This document shows, piece after piece, positions 13,554 to 26,243 of a DNA stretch of 64,000 nucleotides; position 1 is the stretch's first letter, and every line of letters starts with the position of its first letter. The notes beneath the pieces are model-generated. The model did no database searches. It had not been told where the DNA came from and was given only the letters and a program-made list of their open reading frames with translations. The position numbers and the translations under genes were made by a program. Source of the DNA: Anthoceros angustus (Eukaryota; Plantae; Anthocerotophyta); NCBI GenBank assembly GCA_010909165.1, contig VJWM01000025.1, positions 682,001 to 746,000 on the forward strand, read 5' to 3'.

Positions 13554-14139
13554 ATCAACACACCTTTACCAAACCTCACCTTTTTTTGATAGGCCAATGT
13601 GGTATTCTTACCCTTGAGAGATCACCTACCTATATCAAGTTTTCGCACCCATGCAAAGCAAGCCCGCAGTCGAGGGTGTTATCTCAAAGCTCCGCAAGCT
13701 GGCATGGACACAACGTCATTCAGACTCCAGTTGCTTGGACAGAAAGTGGAGCAAAGGTGCAGTCCGTGTGGGTGGAGTGATGCCCACTCCGTCATGCCAC
13801 AGGAATCCTTGGCGAGAGGAATGCACGTCATTCTCCAGCCAAACCCCGCGATCTCGGCTCAAGCGCAAGCTTACAAATGCTAATGTTTGTCGGAAGCCGT
13901 CATTGGACTTGTTGCCGAGAACGTCATCATCTAGGGCATACATTTCTGGTGATGCAGCCCTATGGAATCTGCTGGTTCGTGAGGCAAACTCCGCTTCAGC
14001 ATTACACTGGCATCACTTGTAAGAAGGCTCTTTCTTGACCCCTGGTCGAGGCTGAGAACATTCAGTTGGGCTGAGAACAGTCTGCGACGGCTTGAATAGG
14101 TTGTCGTGGGCCTCATCTTCAGAGAGCCGTGCCTGGAAC

Positions 14140-17100
14140 ATGGCCACAGTGTGGCAACCGGATCCGTTGTGGACCCAACAAGTTGGTGATTGTACAGGGA
14201 TTCTAGGAGGAGCTCCCGCTCAACACATCTCCTTAGGGATTGAACCGCTGGGAACCAACCAAGCCTCCAGATGCAGCAGTGGAAGGAACCCAGCACTTCC
14301 AGTTCCCAGGAAAGGATTTTCCAGCGATGGTCGTCGCCAGGAGCAGGAGCTTCTGTGGCAAAATTTTTTTCTGGACCCGACCATGTGGCGGGACGACCGG
14401 CGAGATAAGAAGAGCTCCCGTTCGCCTGACTTCCGTCGTAAGGGCTCTGGCGGAGAGGTCCTGTGGTTAAACAACATGCTAAAGCCAGCTTGGGTGGATG
14501 AACGGCTCGTTTCTTTGGATATGGAGATGGGTCATAGTGTGGCTCCTTCCCAGTCGAGTCCTACGGGTAGGCCTGAGCTTGGCAGGCGTGCAGGATCGGA
14601 AATGGGCGTCGTGACGGCTGTAACTGTGAGCACGCTATGTAATCAGGGGAAGCTGATTGAGGCCATTGGAGCATTGGAATCTCTAACGCAGACAGACTGT
14701 CCTATTTCTCCAGCTTTGTTATACACAGTGCTGAAACTGTGTACAGCTAAGAAGGATTTGGTTGTCGGGCGACGAGTTCATAATCTCACTGTTAAACTTG
14801 GGTACGAGTCGAATGCATACTTGGGGAACCATATCTTGCGCATGTACGCTCATGGAGGTAGGCTACAGGAGGCCATGGATGTGTTCACCAGGGTAGGCAA
14901 ACCGGATGCCTTCATGTGGTTTTCCATAATCTCTGCACATGCTAAACATGGGAAACCGAAGGAGGCCATACAATTGTATCGTAAGATGCGGAACTCGGAT
15001 GTGAAGGCGGATGGTCACGTCTTTGCAGCTGCTCTTCAGGCTTGTGCATTCGCCGCCGACCTGGAATCTGGCAGAGAAGTGCACAGTGATGTGTTGCACA
15101 GTGGCGTTCCTCTTAACGTTTTTGTTGGCACCTGCCTGGTGGACATGTACGCAAAATGTGGAGAACTAGAAGACGCACGGCGGATTTTTGACAGTTTGGC
15201 ATCGAAGGATGTGGTGACATGGAATGCCCTGATTGCTGGGTATGCACAGCAAGGGCTCGGTCAAGAGGCGCTTGTTCTGTATGGACGGATAGAGCAGGAG
15301 GGCCTGATTGTGGCTGACCATTTTACTTTTGCAAGCCTTCTGAAGGCCTGTGCAGGCACAGGTACCATACAGAAAGGCAGGCAGCTGCACACACAGATTG
15401 TGAAAAGAGGACTGCTAGATAATCTACTCGTGGGCAACTGCCTGGTTGACATGTATGCAAAATGTGGTGAACTGGAAGATGCACGCAGGGTTTTTGACAG
15501 TTTGGCCTCGAAGGATGTTGTGACATGGAACTCGCTCATAGCTGGGTATGTAAATCATGGGCTCAGTCAAGAGGCATTTCTTCTGTATAGAAAAATGGAG
15601 CAAGGGGGCCTGGTTCTAGCTGATCATGTTACTTTTGCTTGCCTTCTGAAGGCCTGTGCAAGCACTGGTGCTTTACAAAAGGGGAGGCAGCTGCACTCAC
15701 AGATTGTGGAACGAGGGCAGCTAGAAACTGACATAGTAGTGGGCAACTCCCTAGTGGACATGTATGCAAAATGTGGCGAACTGCAAGATGCACGCATGGT
15801 TTTCGACAGCTTGGCCACTAAGAATGTGGTGACATGGACTGCCCTCATAGCTGGCTACACAAATCATGGGCTTTGTCGTGAAGCGCTTGTTCTGCATGGA
15901 CAAATGGAGCAGGAGGGCCTGGTTTTGGGTAATCATGTTACTTTTGCTTGCCTTCTGAGGGCATGCGCAAGCGCTGGTGCCTTACAAAAGGGTAGGGAGC
16001 TGCACTCACAGATTGTGAAAGAGGACTGCTGGATAACATGGTGGGCAACTGCCTGGTGGACATGTATGCAAAATGTGGTGAACTGGAAGATGCACGCCAG
16101 GTTTTTGACAGCTTGGCCACAAAGGATGTGGTGACATGGAATGCCCTGATTGCTGGGTATGCAGCAAGGGCTCAGCCAAGAGGCGCTTGTTCTGTATGGA
16201 CAAATGGAGCAAGGGGCCTGATTTTGGCTGACCATGTTACTTTTGCTTGCCTTCTGAAGGCCTGTGCAAGCACTGGTGCCTTACAGAAGGGCAGGCAGCT
16301 GCACTCACAGATTGTGGAAGAGGACTGCTGGATGACATAGTAGTGGGCAACTGCCTGGTGGACATGTATGCAAAATGTGGTGAACTGGAAGATGCACGCA
16401 GGTTTTTGACAGCTTGGCCACAAAGGATGTGGTGACATGGAATGCCCTGATTGCTGGGTATGCACAGCAAGGGCTCAGCCAAGAGGCGCTTGTTCTGTAT
16501 GGACAAATGGAGCAGGAGGGCCTGATTGTGGCTGACCATTTTGCTTGCCTTCTGAAGGCCTGTGCAAGCACTGGTGCCTTACAGAAGGGCAGGCAGCTGC
16601 ACTCACAGATTGTGAAGAGGACTGCTGGATAACGTACTGGTGGGCAACTGCCTGGTGGACATGTATGCAAAATGTGGTGAACTGGAAGATGCACGCCAGG
16701 TTTTTGACAGCTTGGCCACAAAGGATGTGGTGACATGGAATGCCCTGATGCTGGGTATGCACAGCAAGGGCTCAGCCAAGAGGCGCTTGTTCTGTATGGA
16801 CAAATGGAGCAGGGGCCTGATTTTGGCTGACCATGTTACTTTTGCTTGCCTTCTGAAGGCCTGTGCACTGGTGCCTTACAGAAGGGCAGGCAGCTGCACT
16901 CACAGATTGTGGAAAGAGGACTGCTGGATGACATAGTAGTGGGCAACTGCCTGGTGGACATGTATGCAAAATGTGGAGAACTGGAAGATGCACGTAGGGT
17001 TTTTGACAGCTTGGCCACAAAAAATGTGGTGACATGGACTGCCCTGCTTGCTGGGTACGCAAATCATGGGTTCAGCCAAGACGCGCTTGTTCTGTATGGA

Positions 17101-18242
17101 CAAATGGAGCAGGAGGGCCTGACTGTGGCTGATCATGTTACTTTTGCTTGCCTTCTGAGGGCCTGTGCAAGCGCTGGTGCCTTACAAAAGGGTAGGGAGC
17201 TGCACTCACAGATTGTGGAAAGGGGCCTGCTAGATGATGTGATGGTGGGCAACTGCCTGGTTGACATGTATGCAAAATGTGGTGAACTGGAAGATGCACG
17301 CCAGGTTTTCTACAGTATGGCCACAAAGGATGTGGTGACATGGACGGGTTTGATATCTGGATATGGTACTTGTGATGAAGGTCACAACGCTCTAACTTGC
17401 TTTGAGGAGATGTTAGCTGCTGGTATTCGGCCTGATGATGCTACTTTTACTTGCCTTTTAGCGGCATGCAGTCATCAGGGTCTGGTGCGTGAGGGTCGCA
17501 AGCACTTCGAATCCATGTCTGAACAGCATGGCATCAAACCTACTATTGAGCATTACAGTTGCATGATTGACCTTCTTGGGCGTGCAGGCCAGTTAGATGA
17601 GGCAGAGAAGATGCTAGTCTCATGTGAGGGCCAAAGTAATGTTGTGGGCTTGACGTCTTTGTTGAACGCCTGCAAAAGTCACGGGGATATTGAGAGGGCG
17701 ATGGTGTTTTGAAAGCATTGTTAGCTGGACCTCAGAGTGCATCCGCATATGTGCTCATGGCCAATGCCTATGCAGATGTAGGGAGGTGGACGGATGCAGA
17801 CAGGATTGAAACACAGAGAATAGTTGCAGGAGCTAACAAGAAACCTGCAGTGGCGGGCATTGAGGTGAAGAAGCAGGTACATACATTTGTGGTGGGAGAA
17901 AGGAGAGATGACCTTTTGCTCAAGGTAGAGAGCACGAATGCACGTCTGAAGCAGGAAGGGGGCCATGTACCACAGACAAATTTGGTGTTGAAGCCACTGT
18001 CTGAGAAGGAAAAGGAAGATGTGCTTTGCGGGCATGCTGAGAAGCTAGCTCTGGCGTTTGGTCTCTTGAACACTCCGAGTGGCACACCTCTGGTGGTAAC
18101 GAAGAATCTACGCATGTGCAGTGACTGCCACAGTTCCACGGAGATCATGTCAAGGGTTGAAAAGAGAGACATTGTTGTAAGGGATGGGTACCGTGTGCAT
18201 CGATTCGCAGCTGGTTGTTGCAGCTGTGAGGGTCGACCGTGA
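14140..18242 (+). CDS. PLS-class PPR protein with N-terminal OSB-type PDF motif and C-terminal E1-E2-DYW:KP (GRP subtype); putative U-to-C organellar RNA editing factor; frameshifted at ~16020-16870 and ~17705-17730
   Basis: About 9 P-L-S triplets (LVDMYAKCG..EDAR, VVTWNALIAGY, TFACLLKAC), P2-L2-S2, E1/E2, then KKPAVAGIEV (KP box), HAEKLA, KNLRMCSDCH, terminal CSCEGRP*; true start may lie upstream. Confidence 0.9.
14353..14508 (+). other. OSB-family PDF motif within the PPR N-terminal extension
   Basis: LWQNFFLDPTMWRDDRRDKKSSRSPDFRRKGSGGEVLWLNNMLKPAWVDERL fits the OSB PDF pattern WQxFFxxPxxWxDxRxxKxxxxxPDFxxKxxGExLWLx(n)PxWV. Confidence 0.85.
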
Positions 18243-18429
18243 AAGTGAAGAAGAGCCGGATGGTTTTCAGTTGTGTACGCCCGGGAGTATTTTGTTTCGT
18301 TCATGTTTGCCACCGGTCATTCTGGTTTGCTATCGGTCATGACCAGAATGACCTTTTTCACACCTCTCAAAATTAAGTAACCTGAATATTTCAGGAAATC
18401 AGGGAGTTAGCCAAGGGGGTTACTGAATT

Positions 18430-19130
18430 TTGTGGCGATCTGGCCTTCGAAAACGGGAAGCATCTTCATGTGCAAACCAGGAACTAGGACATGAAGTTGA
18501 TGTGTTTGCGGCAAACGATTTGGCAAACGTGTATGCAAAATGTGGCAGCTTGGACTACGCTCAGAATGTGTCCGATGGACCTGGGAAGCAAAGCGTGGTG
18601 ACTTGGGCTTCCATGATAGCAGGCTATATCCCGCAGGGCATTGGGCAGGAAGCCCGTCGTCTTTACAGTGGTATGCAACAAGAAGGCATATGTCTAACTC
18701 CGAGACATTTGTGTACCTCTTGCAGGCGTGTGCAAATGTTGTGGCTTTGCATCTGAAAGGCATCTGCATGCAGAGGTTGAGGAACAAGAGCTTTGAAGCT
18801 GACGTGTATTGGCCGACAGTTTGATAAACATGTATGGAAAGTGTGGGAGCATGGTTTATGCGGAGGAGACGTTTGATGCGTTGGCCCTCAGGGATGGCGT
18901 CACCTGGAGTGCACTGACCGCTGGTTACACCTGTCCAGGAGACAGTGCAGTGGTCTGTGGCTTGTTTTAAAGAATGAAAGACGATAGCATGCTGCCAATC
19001 AACAATACATTTGTCAGGTACTTGGCAGACACAAAAAATTGAGCTGCTTGCTCGAACAAGCCGGCATTCAGGAAAAAGTATTGGAATTGTGAAACGTTGT
19101 AATTTGAATGCTTCAGAATCCCGTCAATGC
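18430..19130 (+). pseudogene. PLS PPR pseudogene fragment
   Basis: LANVYAKCGSLDYAQ, VVTWASMIAGY, LINMYGKCGS, VTWSAL motifs broken by frameshifts. Confidence 0.85.
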
Positions 19131-20423
19131 CGCAGGCATGGGGAACATGCACAATCATCATCTGCATGCCATCTTTCTCTAGTTTACTACAGAAGACGCA
19201 AACCCATCTCACAACCCAATGTACCATTGGCAAACGATCAAGACAAAGAGTCCATCGAGAAGTTGGTTTGGCAACCAAGGGTTCAAGCCTTGGTTCAAGA
19301 AGAGAGTTTTTGGACAGGAGGGTGAGAACCTGAGCGCAATTGGGCTGTACAATAGGATGCTTGATGGCTTGCGAAGTGCACCAGGGTCAGCCGATGGATG
19401 TGCAAAGGGACATTCCCTGACAAACACCCTGGGTGGTTGAAGCATGGATAGGAACTATCCGAGGTGATGGGGCGTAGGAAACCTAGCCAAGAAGAAGGAC
19501 GGCAGGTCGGTGGGCGGAGGTGGATTGTGTTGGGCTCTGCCCGCACCGGAGCACGACGATGTTAATTTGGCACTCCGTAGTGAGTACCAATCATCAACTA
19601 CTTAGCTACTATTGTAGTAAGTAGTTAACACTAAGAACTGAGATTAATTTTCAACATTAATCTAATTAGTTTCATATAGATAGAATAATTAATTAATTAG
19701 TCTTAAAATTATCTTAGCCATGTAGATTTAATATAATTAATGTTATATAATTAAAATATTAGATAATACTTCCAACTTTTAATTAAATTTATAGATTTAA
19801 TAAAATTTTAACTTAGAAAACTTGGCTATCATAAATAGGACATCAATGATATGCAAAGGAATTGAGGGCTGCGTCTCACGGTCTCACATGTGATGAAACC
19901 CACGCATCCCTAGCGGACGTCTATATTGGGCTTTTCCTATGATGATTTAAAGAATATCCTGGTAAAAACTAGAGATATCATACAAGTTTCCAAGAAGGCA
20001 TAATTCATATTTATCCACACTATTTGACCTTTGTAAACTTGACTATGATAAAATTTCAAAAATCTTGATAATAATGAATATGAAGCCATCCATATACTAC
20101 TCATGAGTCCATTGGAACTCTACAGTTAAGCGCCTCTGTGGGTGGATCACTTGCTGGGATGGAGTTTCCTCATCCTTGGTAAAAGATATTATCCAGAGGG
20201 GTGAAGGGTCTGTTTAATGGTGGTGCATAAGTCTTCGCACTCTAGGGGTGCGTCGGACTTCCATGCAAGAGTTCTTTCGTACGAGGCTATATCCTTTCAA
20301 AACATGAAATGAAATACGCCATAGTGCTCAGAATACTTGCAAGACCCAAGCATGCCTAGAAAAAAAGCTCTTCCAAGTTTGTTTTTATAGTAGTTTCTCA
20401 TTGCAATTGTTTGATCATTAGTT

Positions 20424-21301
20424 ATGTATAATCCTGTTATATGTTTTTCTTATACGTTGTTGTTAATGAGTTGGACGATGTTGAGAATAATCAAAGTTGA
20501 AGATGACGATCACACTCTGATTAGCTACAATGTCATGAAAGACTTGACCGTTGAAGCTGACGATGAGGATGAGAATGTGTCTAGTCAAAAAGATGAGGAT
20601 GAGAATGTAGCTAGACACAATGTTCAGAGAGACTTAGGAATCAATAGCAGGAACTTGTTCAGAACCTCCCAAATTTCAAAGGAGGATATGGATACAATAG
20701 AGGTAGAGGATATGAGCATAGCACTAGAAAGGTTTGGGAGTGATGCTCATGTTGAGGAAGAGAGCGCATCAATGGTCTATAATTCTTCTACTTGCAAGAT
20801 TAAAGTTGAGGAAGAAAGTTCTGAAAGCGCAGCAGTTGTCGAGTACGAGGAGTTAATGGACACGATTACAAAAGAGTAAGGCGCAAGAACTGTGAGAAAC
20901 GTCATAATGACTTTACTTTTTTAGATTCTCATCAAGGATTTTCAAGAACTTTTTTTTTCTCTAATATCCATGATCCATTTTTACGCAGGCTACATCTTGC
21001 AGAACAATCGATTCTATTTGATAATAGTGTCCAGAAGGATAATGAAGACTCTATTCAAGTACACAAAGTCAAACGCATGGAGCTTTTACAGAAGTTGGAG
21101 CATCATAATTGGGAACTACACAAAGGGTTGATAAACGATATCACTCATGAAAAGATATGTGATGATCTTTTGGAAAGTCTTCGTAAGAAAGTCTTAGATG
21201 CTAAAGAAACTCCTAAACAAAAGATGTCCTGTTGTTTAGTGACTATTGATGTGTGCAAAAGATTTTGTAGCATCGCATTAAAAGAGTTGCTAAAGGAATA
21301 G
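20424..21301 (+). CDS. Unknown acidic protein, at least 2 exons (..20875 / 20989..21301), in AT-rich possibly TE-derived DNA
   Basis: GT(20876)..CAG(20988) intron joins the 151-aa ORF in frame to an open exon running into the 74-aa ORF; no recognisable domain. Confidence 0.45.
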
Positions 21302-21975
21302 TTTAAATCAATTTTAAGTTCTAGTTGAAAAGTATTAACCAATCTTGAAACTAATGTCCATTTTTGGATTAGAAATATTTTTTTGGACTATTTATTTTTG
21401 AAATTTCTACTGTTATTAATATTTTTAATTTTTAGAATTTCTACGGTTATGTCAAGCTCTGCTTAAGTTACATCATTCCAAACCCTTCTGAGGTTGTAAT
21501 TATCCACGATTGTAACTCTCACATTTATTGTAGTTTTTATCACGAATATAATTTTTACCTTTGACTATATCCCTTTTCTATGTTAAATAAAATTACATAT
21601 TTTATAAGTGCATAAAATCGTAAGATTATTCTCGATAATATATCACCTCAAAATAATTACGTTAATTACATACCACACTACGCACTACGTTCTAGTACAT
21701 GCAACGAGCTCTTACAGACTCAATATGTTTGTGAAGTGCACTACTTGTGCAAGTACATACATTTTCTTACTAACACCCCCAATATCTACTATAGTGCATC
21801 TAGCTCTCACGGACTCAATCTGATTATAAAATGCATTATCTATGCAAGTACATATATTTTCTTACTAACACCCCCAATATCTACTAAAGCGCATTTATAT
21901 ATATGTGTAGAACCCTTTTCGTGTACCTACTCGATTACATACTAATATGTATATCCTTATGAGGAATTCTTAATG

Positions 21976-22167
21976 AAGAAGAAGAAAAAATATATTATAG
22001 TCCACTTTGACAGAACTTTCTTTCATAGGGCTTGGTATTTAATAACTTGTACCATGGTGTGTCTGAACTACTTGCACCAAGGTATCCACTCGCTTTAAGC
22101 ACCCCATCTAAGTACCGATCTAAGCATAGATGCTTAATAACCACGTTCTTAGAAATGTGTGTCCACA
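21976..22167 (-). mobile_element. Short (TTC)n-tailed interspersed repeat copy
   Basis: Reverse complement of consensus: GAAGAAGAAG tail at left, ...AATGTGTGTCCA head at right. Confidence 0.8.
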
Positions 22168-22479
22168 TTTGGATGAGCTGATTGATTTTTTTGGGTGTGT
22201 TTATGGATGGTTTGAGAAGGTTCTGGGTAGGATCGTTAACGTTGGATCAGATCAAGTGGTTGATGTGCTCTGCCCATTTTCTCTTACGAGACCAAAGACT
22301 ATACCTACCCAGTCGTTCAAAATAGCATCATCATAAAACTCATTTCAAAGTTTACCATAGCCTTCTGTCAGTGGAGTTGGCCAAGGCTGATGATCGTAGC
22401 CATGGGATTGCATGGTGAATGTGTCGTCTACTACCTCCGACTCGAGTAGTAGCCAGAGGCAGAGTGAACTGTGCTTGTT

Positions 22480-25060
22480 CCTGTCAAATGATGAGTGCAT
22501 GGGGGAAACAAACCCAACCCTCCCAGGTGAAGGCGAAGGTGGCTGCTCTGGACATGGAAGTGCGTCCGTGGATGTTGAATTCCATCTGCAGCATGCGGGA
22601 TGATTCTGAGGTTGGAAGACCTGCAGGCTCGAAAGGGGCGTAACGGGTGAAACCGTGAGCAGCCTGTGTCGTCAGGGCCATCTCAGGAATGCTGTTCAGG
22701 CATTGGGAATTCTGGTCCAGATAGACTGTAGCATTTGGAAATCCCTCTTTTATACTGTCCTGAAGAATTGTGCAGACAAGAAGGAATCTGACAAGTGGGA
22801 TGATTCTGAGGTTGGAAGGCCTGCAGGCTCGAAAGGGGCGTAACGGGTGAAACCGTGAGCAGCCTGTGTCGTCAGGGCCATCTCAGGAATGCTGTTCAGG
22901 CATTGGGAATTCTGGTCCAGATAAACTGTAGCATTTGGAAATCCCTCTTTTATACTGTCCTGAAGAATTGTGCAGACAAGAAGGATCATGCTTTCACGGT
23001 GAAACAAGGCTATCAATCAGACATTTCTGTGCAACCACAATCTGCGAATGTATGCTTTGATTGGCAGATTGCAGCAGGCGATGGATGTGTTCACCATGGT
23101 TGCCAACCCAGATGCCTTCATGTGGTCTTCCATAATTTCTGCGTATGTTAAACATGGACAAGACAAGCAGGCCATAGAACTATATCGTCGGATGCGCAGG
23201 TCAAGTGTGAAGCGGGATGGTCATGTTTTTGTCGCTGCCCTTCAGGCTTGCGCAAGGGGACCAGACCTGAAAACTGGGCAGCAGGTGCATGTTGATGTGG
23301 TGGCCAGTGGTGCTCAGCTTGTTTTGTTTGTGTGCAGTGCCTTGGAGGATATGTCTGCCGAGTGTGGCAGCTTGGAGGTTGCTCAAAGAGTCTTTGATGG
23401 ACTTGGTCAAAGAACCGGAGTAACGTGGAATGCCATGATCGCAGGGTATGCACAGCAACGCTTGGGCATGAAGCCCTTCGCCTCTATCGTTCTATGCAAG
23501 AAGAAGGCGTTGTTGCCCTCAATTGCGTGACATTTGTGTACCTCCTGCAGGCATGTGCGAGTATGCACCAAGGCGTTGCACGAAGGGAAGGAGCTTCATA
23601 TGCAAGTTAGACAACGTGGACACCTATTTGACGTATTTGTCGCAAACAGTTTGGTAAACATGTACGCAAAGTGTGGAAGCCTTGAGGATGCTTAAAGAGT
23701 GTTTGAAGGACTTGATCAGAAAGATGTAGTGACTTGGACTGCCCTAATTGCAGGCTATTCTCAGCAAGGCATGGGCCAAAAAGCCCTTCATCTATCTGTA
23801 CAGTGGTATGCAAAAAGAAGGTGTCGCTGTACCCAATTCTGTCAGACTTGTATGCCTCCTGCAGGCATGTGCAAGTGTGGGCACCCTGGCATTGGAGAAG
23901 GGAAAGCAGCTTCATACACAAATTAGTGAACAAGGACATCAAGCTGACATGTTTGTAGCCAGCAGTTTGGTGGACATGTATGCAAAGTGTGGCAGCTTGG
24001 AAGATGCCCAAAGAGTGTTTAACGGACTTGACAAAAAAGAAGTGGTTATGTGGACTGCGCTGATCGCAGGGTATTCCCAGCAGGGCATGGCCGGGAGGCC
24101 CTTTGTCTTTACAGTGCTATGGAACATGAAGGCATGGCTGTCCCGAATTCGTTTCCCGAACGTTTGTGTGTCTTCTGCAGGCATGTGAAAATGTGGGCGT
24201 CTCAGCTTTTGAGAAGAGGAAGGAGCTTCATGTGCAAATTAGGGAACAAGGACATCAAGCTGACCTCTATGTAGCAAGCAGTTTGGTCGACATGTATGCA
24301 AAGTGTGGCAGCATAGAGGACGCTAAGAGAGTGTTTGAAGAACTTGGTAACAGAGATGTGGTAACATTGAATGCTATGATATCAGCATATTCCCACCACA
24401 GCATGGGGCGGGAAGCTCTTTGTCTTTACAGTGATATGCTAGAAGAAGGTATAGCTAAACCTGATTCATTGACATTTGTGAGCCTCTTGCAGGCATGTGC
24501 AAGTATGGGCACCCAGACCTTGGAGACGGGGAAGGAGCTTCACACAGAGATTAAAGAACGAGGGCATGAAGCTGACGTGCTTGTAGCCAACAGTTTGGTA
24601 AACATGTGTGCAAAGTGTGGCAGTTTGGAAGATGCCCAAAAGTTGTTTGATGGACTTGATGAAAAAGATGTGGTGACGCAGACTGCTCTAATGGCAGGGT
24701 ATGCACAGCAGGGCAGGGGTCAGGAAGCCCTTCGTATGTACCAGATTATGCTTTGTAAAACATGTGGTTGTGGCTGACCATGGTAGTTTTGCTTACCTTC
24801 TGAAGGCCTGTGCAAGCGTTGGTGCTGTGCAGAAGGTCGGCAGGCAGCTGCACTCAGAGATGGTATAGCTAGATAATGTATTGGTGGCAACTGCCTGGTA
24901 GACATGTATGCGAAATGTGGTGAAGTGGAATATCGTCACGGGGTTTGTGACAGCTTGTCCACAAAAAATGTGGTGTCATGGAAGTTTCTGATTGCTGGGT
25001 TTGCACACAGGGGCTTGGCCACAAGGTTCTTGTTCTGTGGGTAGGCAGCATTATATGTTA
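22480..25060 (+). pseudogene. PLS PPR pseudogene with multiple frameshifts/stops, no E/DYW seen
   Basis: Repeated LVDMYAKCGSLEDA / VVTWTALIAGY / LLQACAS motifs in shifting frames; in-frame stop at ~23693. Confidence 0.9.
22597..22985. repeat. 200-bp tandem duplication of first PPR motifs
   Basis: GGGATGATTCTGAGGTTGGAAG... at 22597 and 22797, near identical. Confidence 0.95.
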
Positions 25061-26000
25061 TGCGTGTTGGCAGTTGCCATGTTTGAGGTCCCCTGTTCAA
25101 GTGTGAGCCATATGGCCATGTACCTGAAACGAAGGTTTTGCCTGATATTTTCTGCCCCAGTGTTGTAGTGTTGGTCGCCTCTTATTGTGGGGGTGTTAAA
25201 TAACAAGGTGAGAGAGGTTGCATCGATTCCAATGCTTTCTGGGACATGACGCTGCATGCAATGACAATTCCATTCCATTCTACTGAAACAAGTAGCAGTA
25301 GCGTGCTTGTGCGGGCTTGTGCTTGCTTGTGTGTGCCAGCGCCCACTGTAGCATCGTTCATTACTGGATATTACAGAGTCGTAGAGCTGGAAAGCTGTAC
25401 ATGCGTATATCTGTGTGCGGAAGGAGTTGTCCTCTGGGCCAGACGTTGAAGTAAATAAGCCCTTGAAGTGAAGTGAAGTTCCGGACGCCATCCAGCAAGT
25501 CAGTGTCGACCTTGTACACCAATCAGGTAATACAACAGCATGCAGACCATCCCGAATGAATACCATGCCCATGCAGTAAGGAACAATGCGCTCCCATCTT
25601 GTTGGCACTGGTGTCGATCGTCTGCATTGGGCAGCGGTTGTGTTTGCTTGCAAGTTGGCATGGCTCCGTGGCAGCTTCGGTGTTTCTGCAGTGATTGCCC
25701 CTGAACTTCACTTCTCGAAAGACCTGCAGCAGGCGTGCTGATAGGAGGAGGCATGGGGTGGGTTATGAGAAGCTTTGATAAAGAGCCAAAACCCAGCTGT
25801 GTAGTAGCCAGCCAGGGCTTTGCATGCTGGTCTAAGGGATGATGTGCTCCAGCACATAGACTTGATTAATAATCCGCAACAAGCAACCCAACACGCCCTG
25901 CACACGGACACAGGAGAATTGTCCAGGAGAATGGGCAAATAGGCTCAAGGGTCGAACCATCCTAACGGCAACATGTTCTCTCCTATGGTGTGCATAGACT

Positions 26001-26243
26001 GCTGTTGAAGTAAACATCCGGCATGAAGGGCTGATAGGGCAGTTCTGCTTATCACCATCATCTCCAGGGAGGGACCTCCAATGACTTTTTGGGAATTCAC
26101 GAGATGGCTGCCCTCTAGAATTTGGGTCAGCTGTTGAAGTAAACATGCGGCATGAAGAGCTGATAGGGAAGTTCTGCTTATCACCATCACCTCCAGGGAG
26201 GGACCTCCGGTGACTTTTTTGGAATTCACGAGATGGCTGCCCT
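26001..26243. repeat. ~130-bp tandem duplication
   Basis: GCTGTTGAAGTAAACAT...GAGATGGCTGCCCTC at ~26001 and ~26130. Confidence 0.9.

Noticed and set aside
14863-18313. Many minus-strand ORFs over the PPR gene (also 53-56 kb)
   Set aside because: Antisense shadows of PPR codon usage
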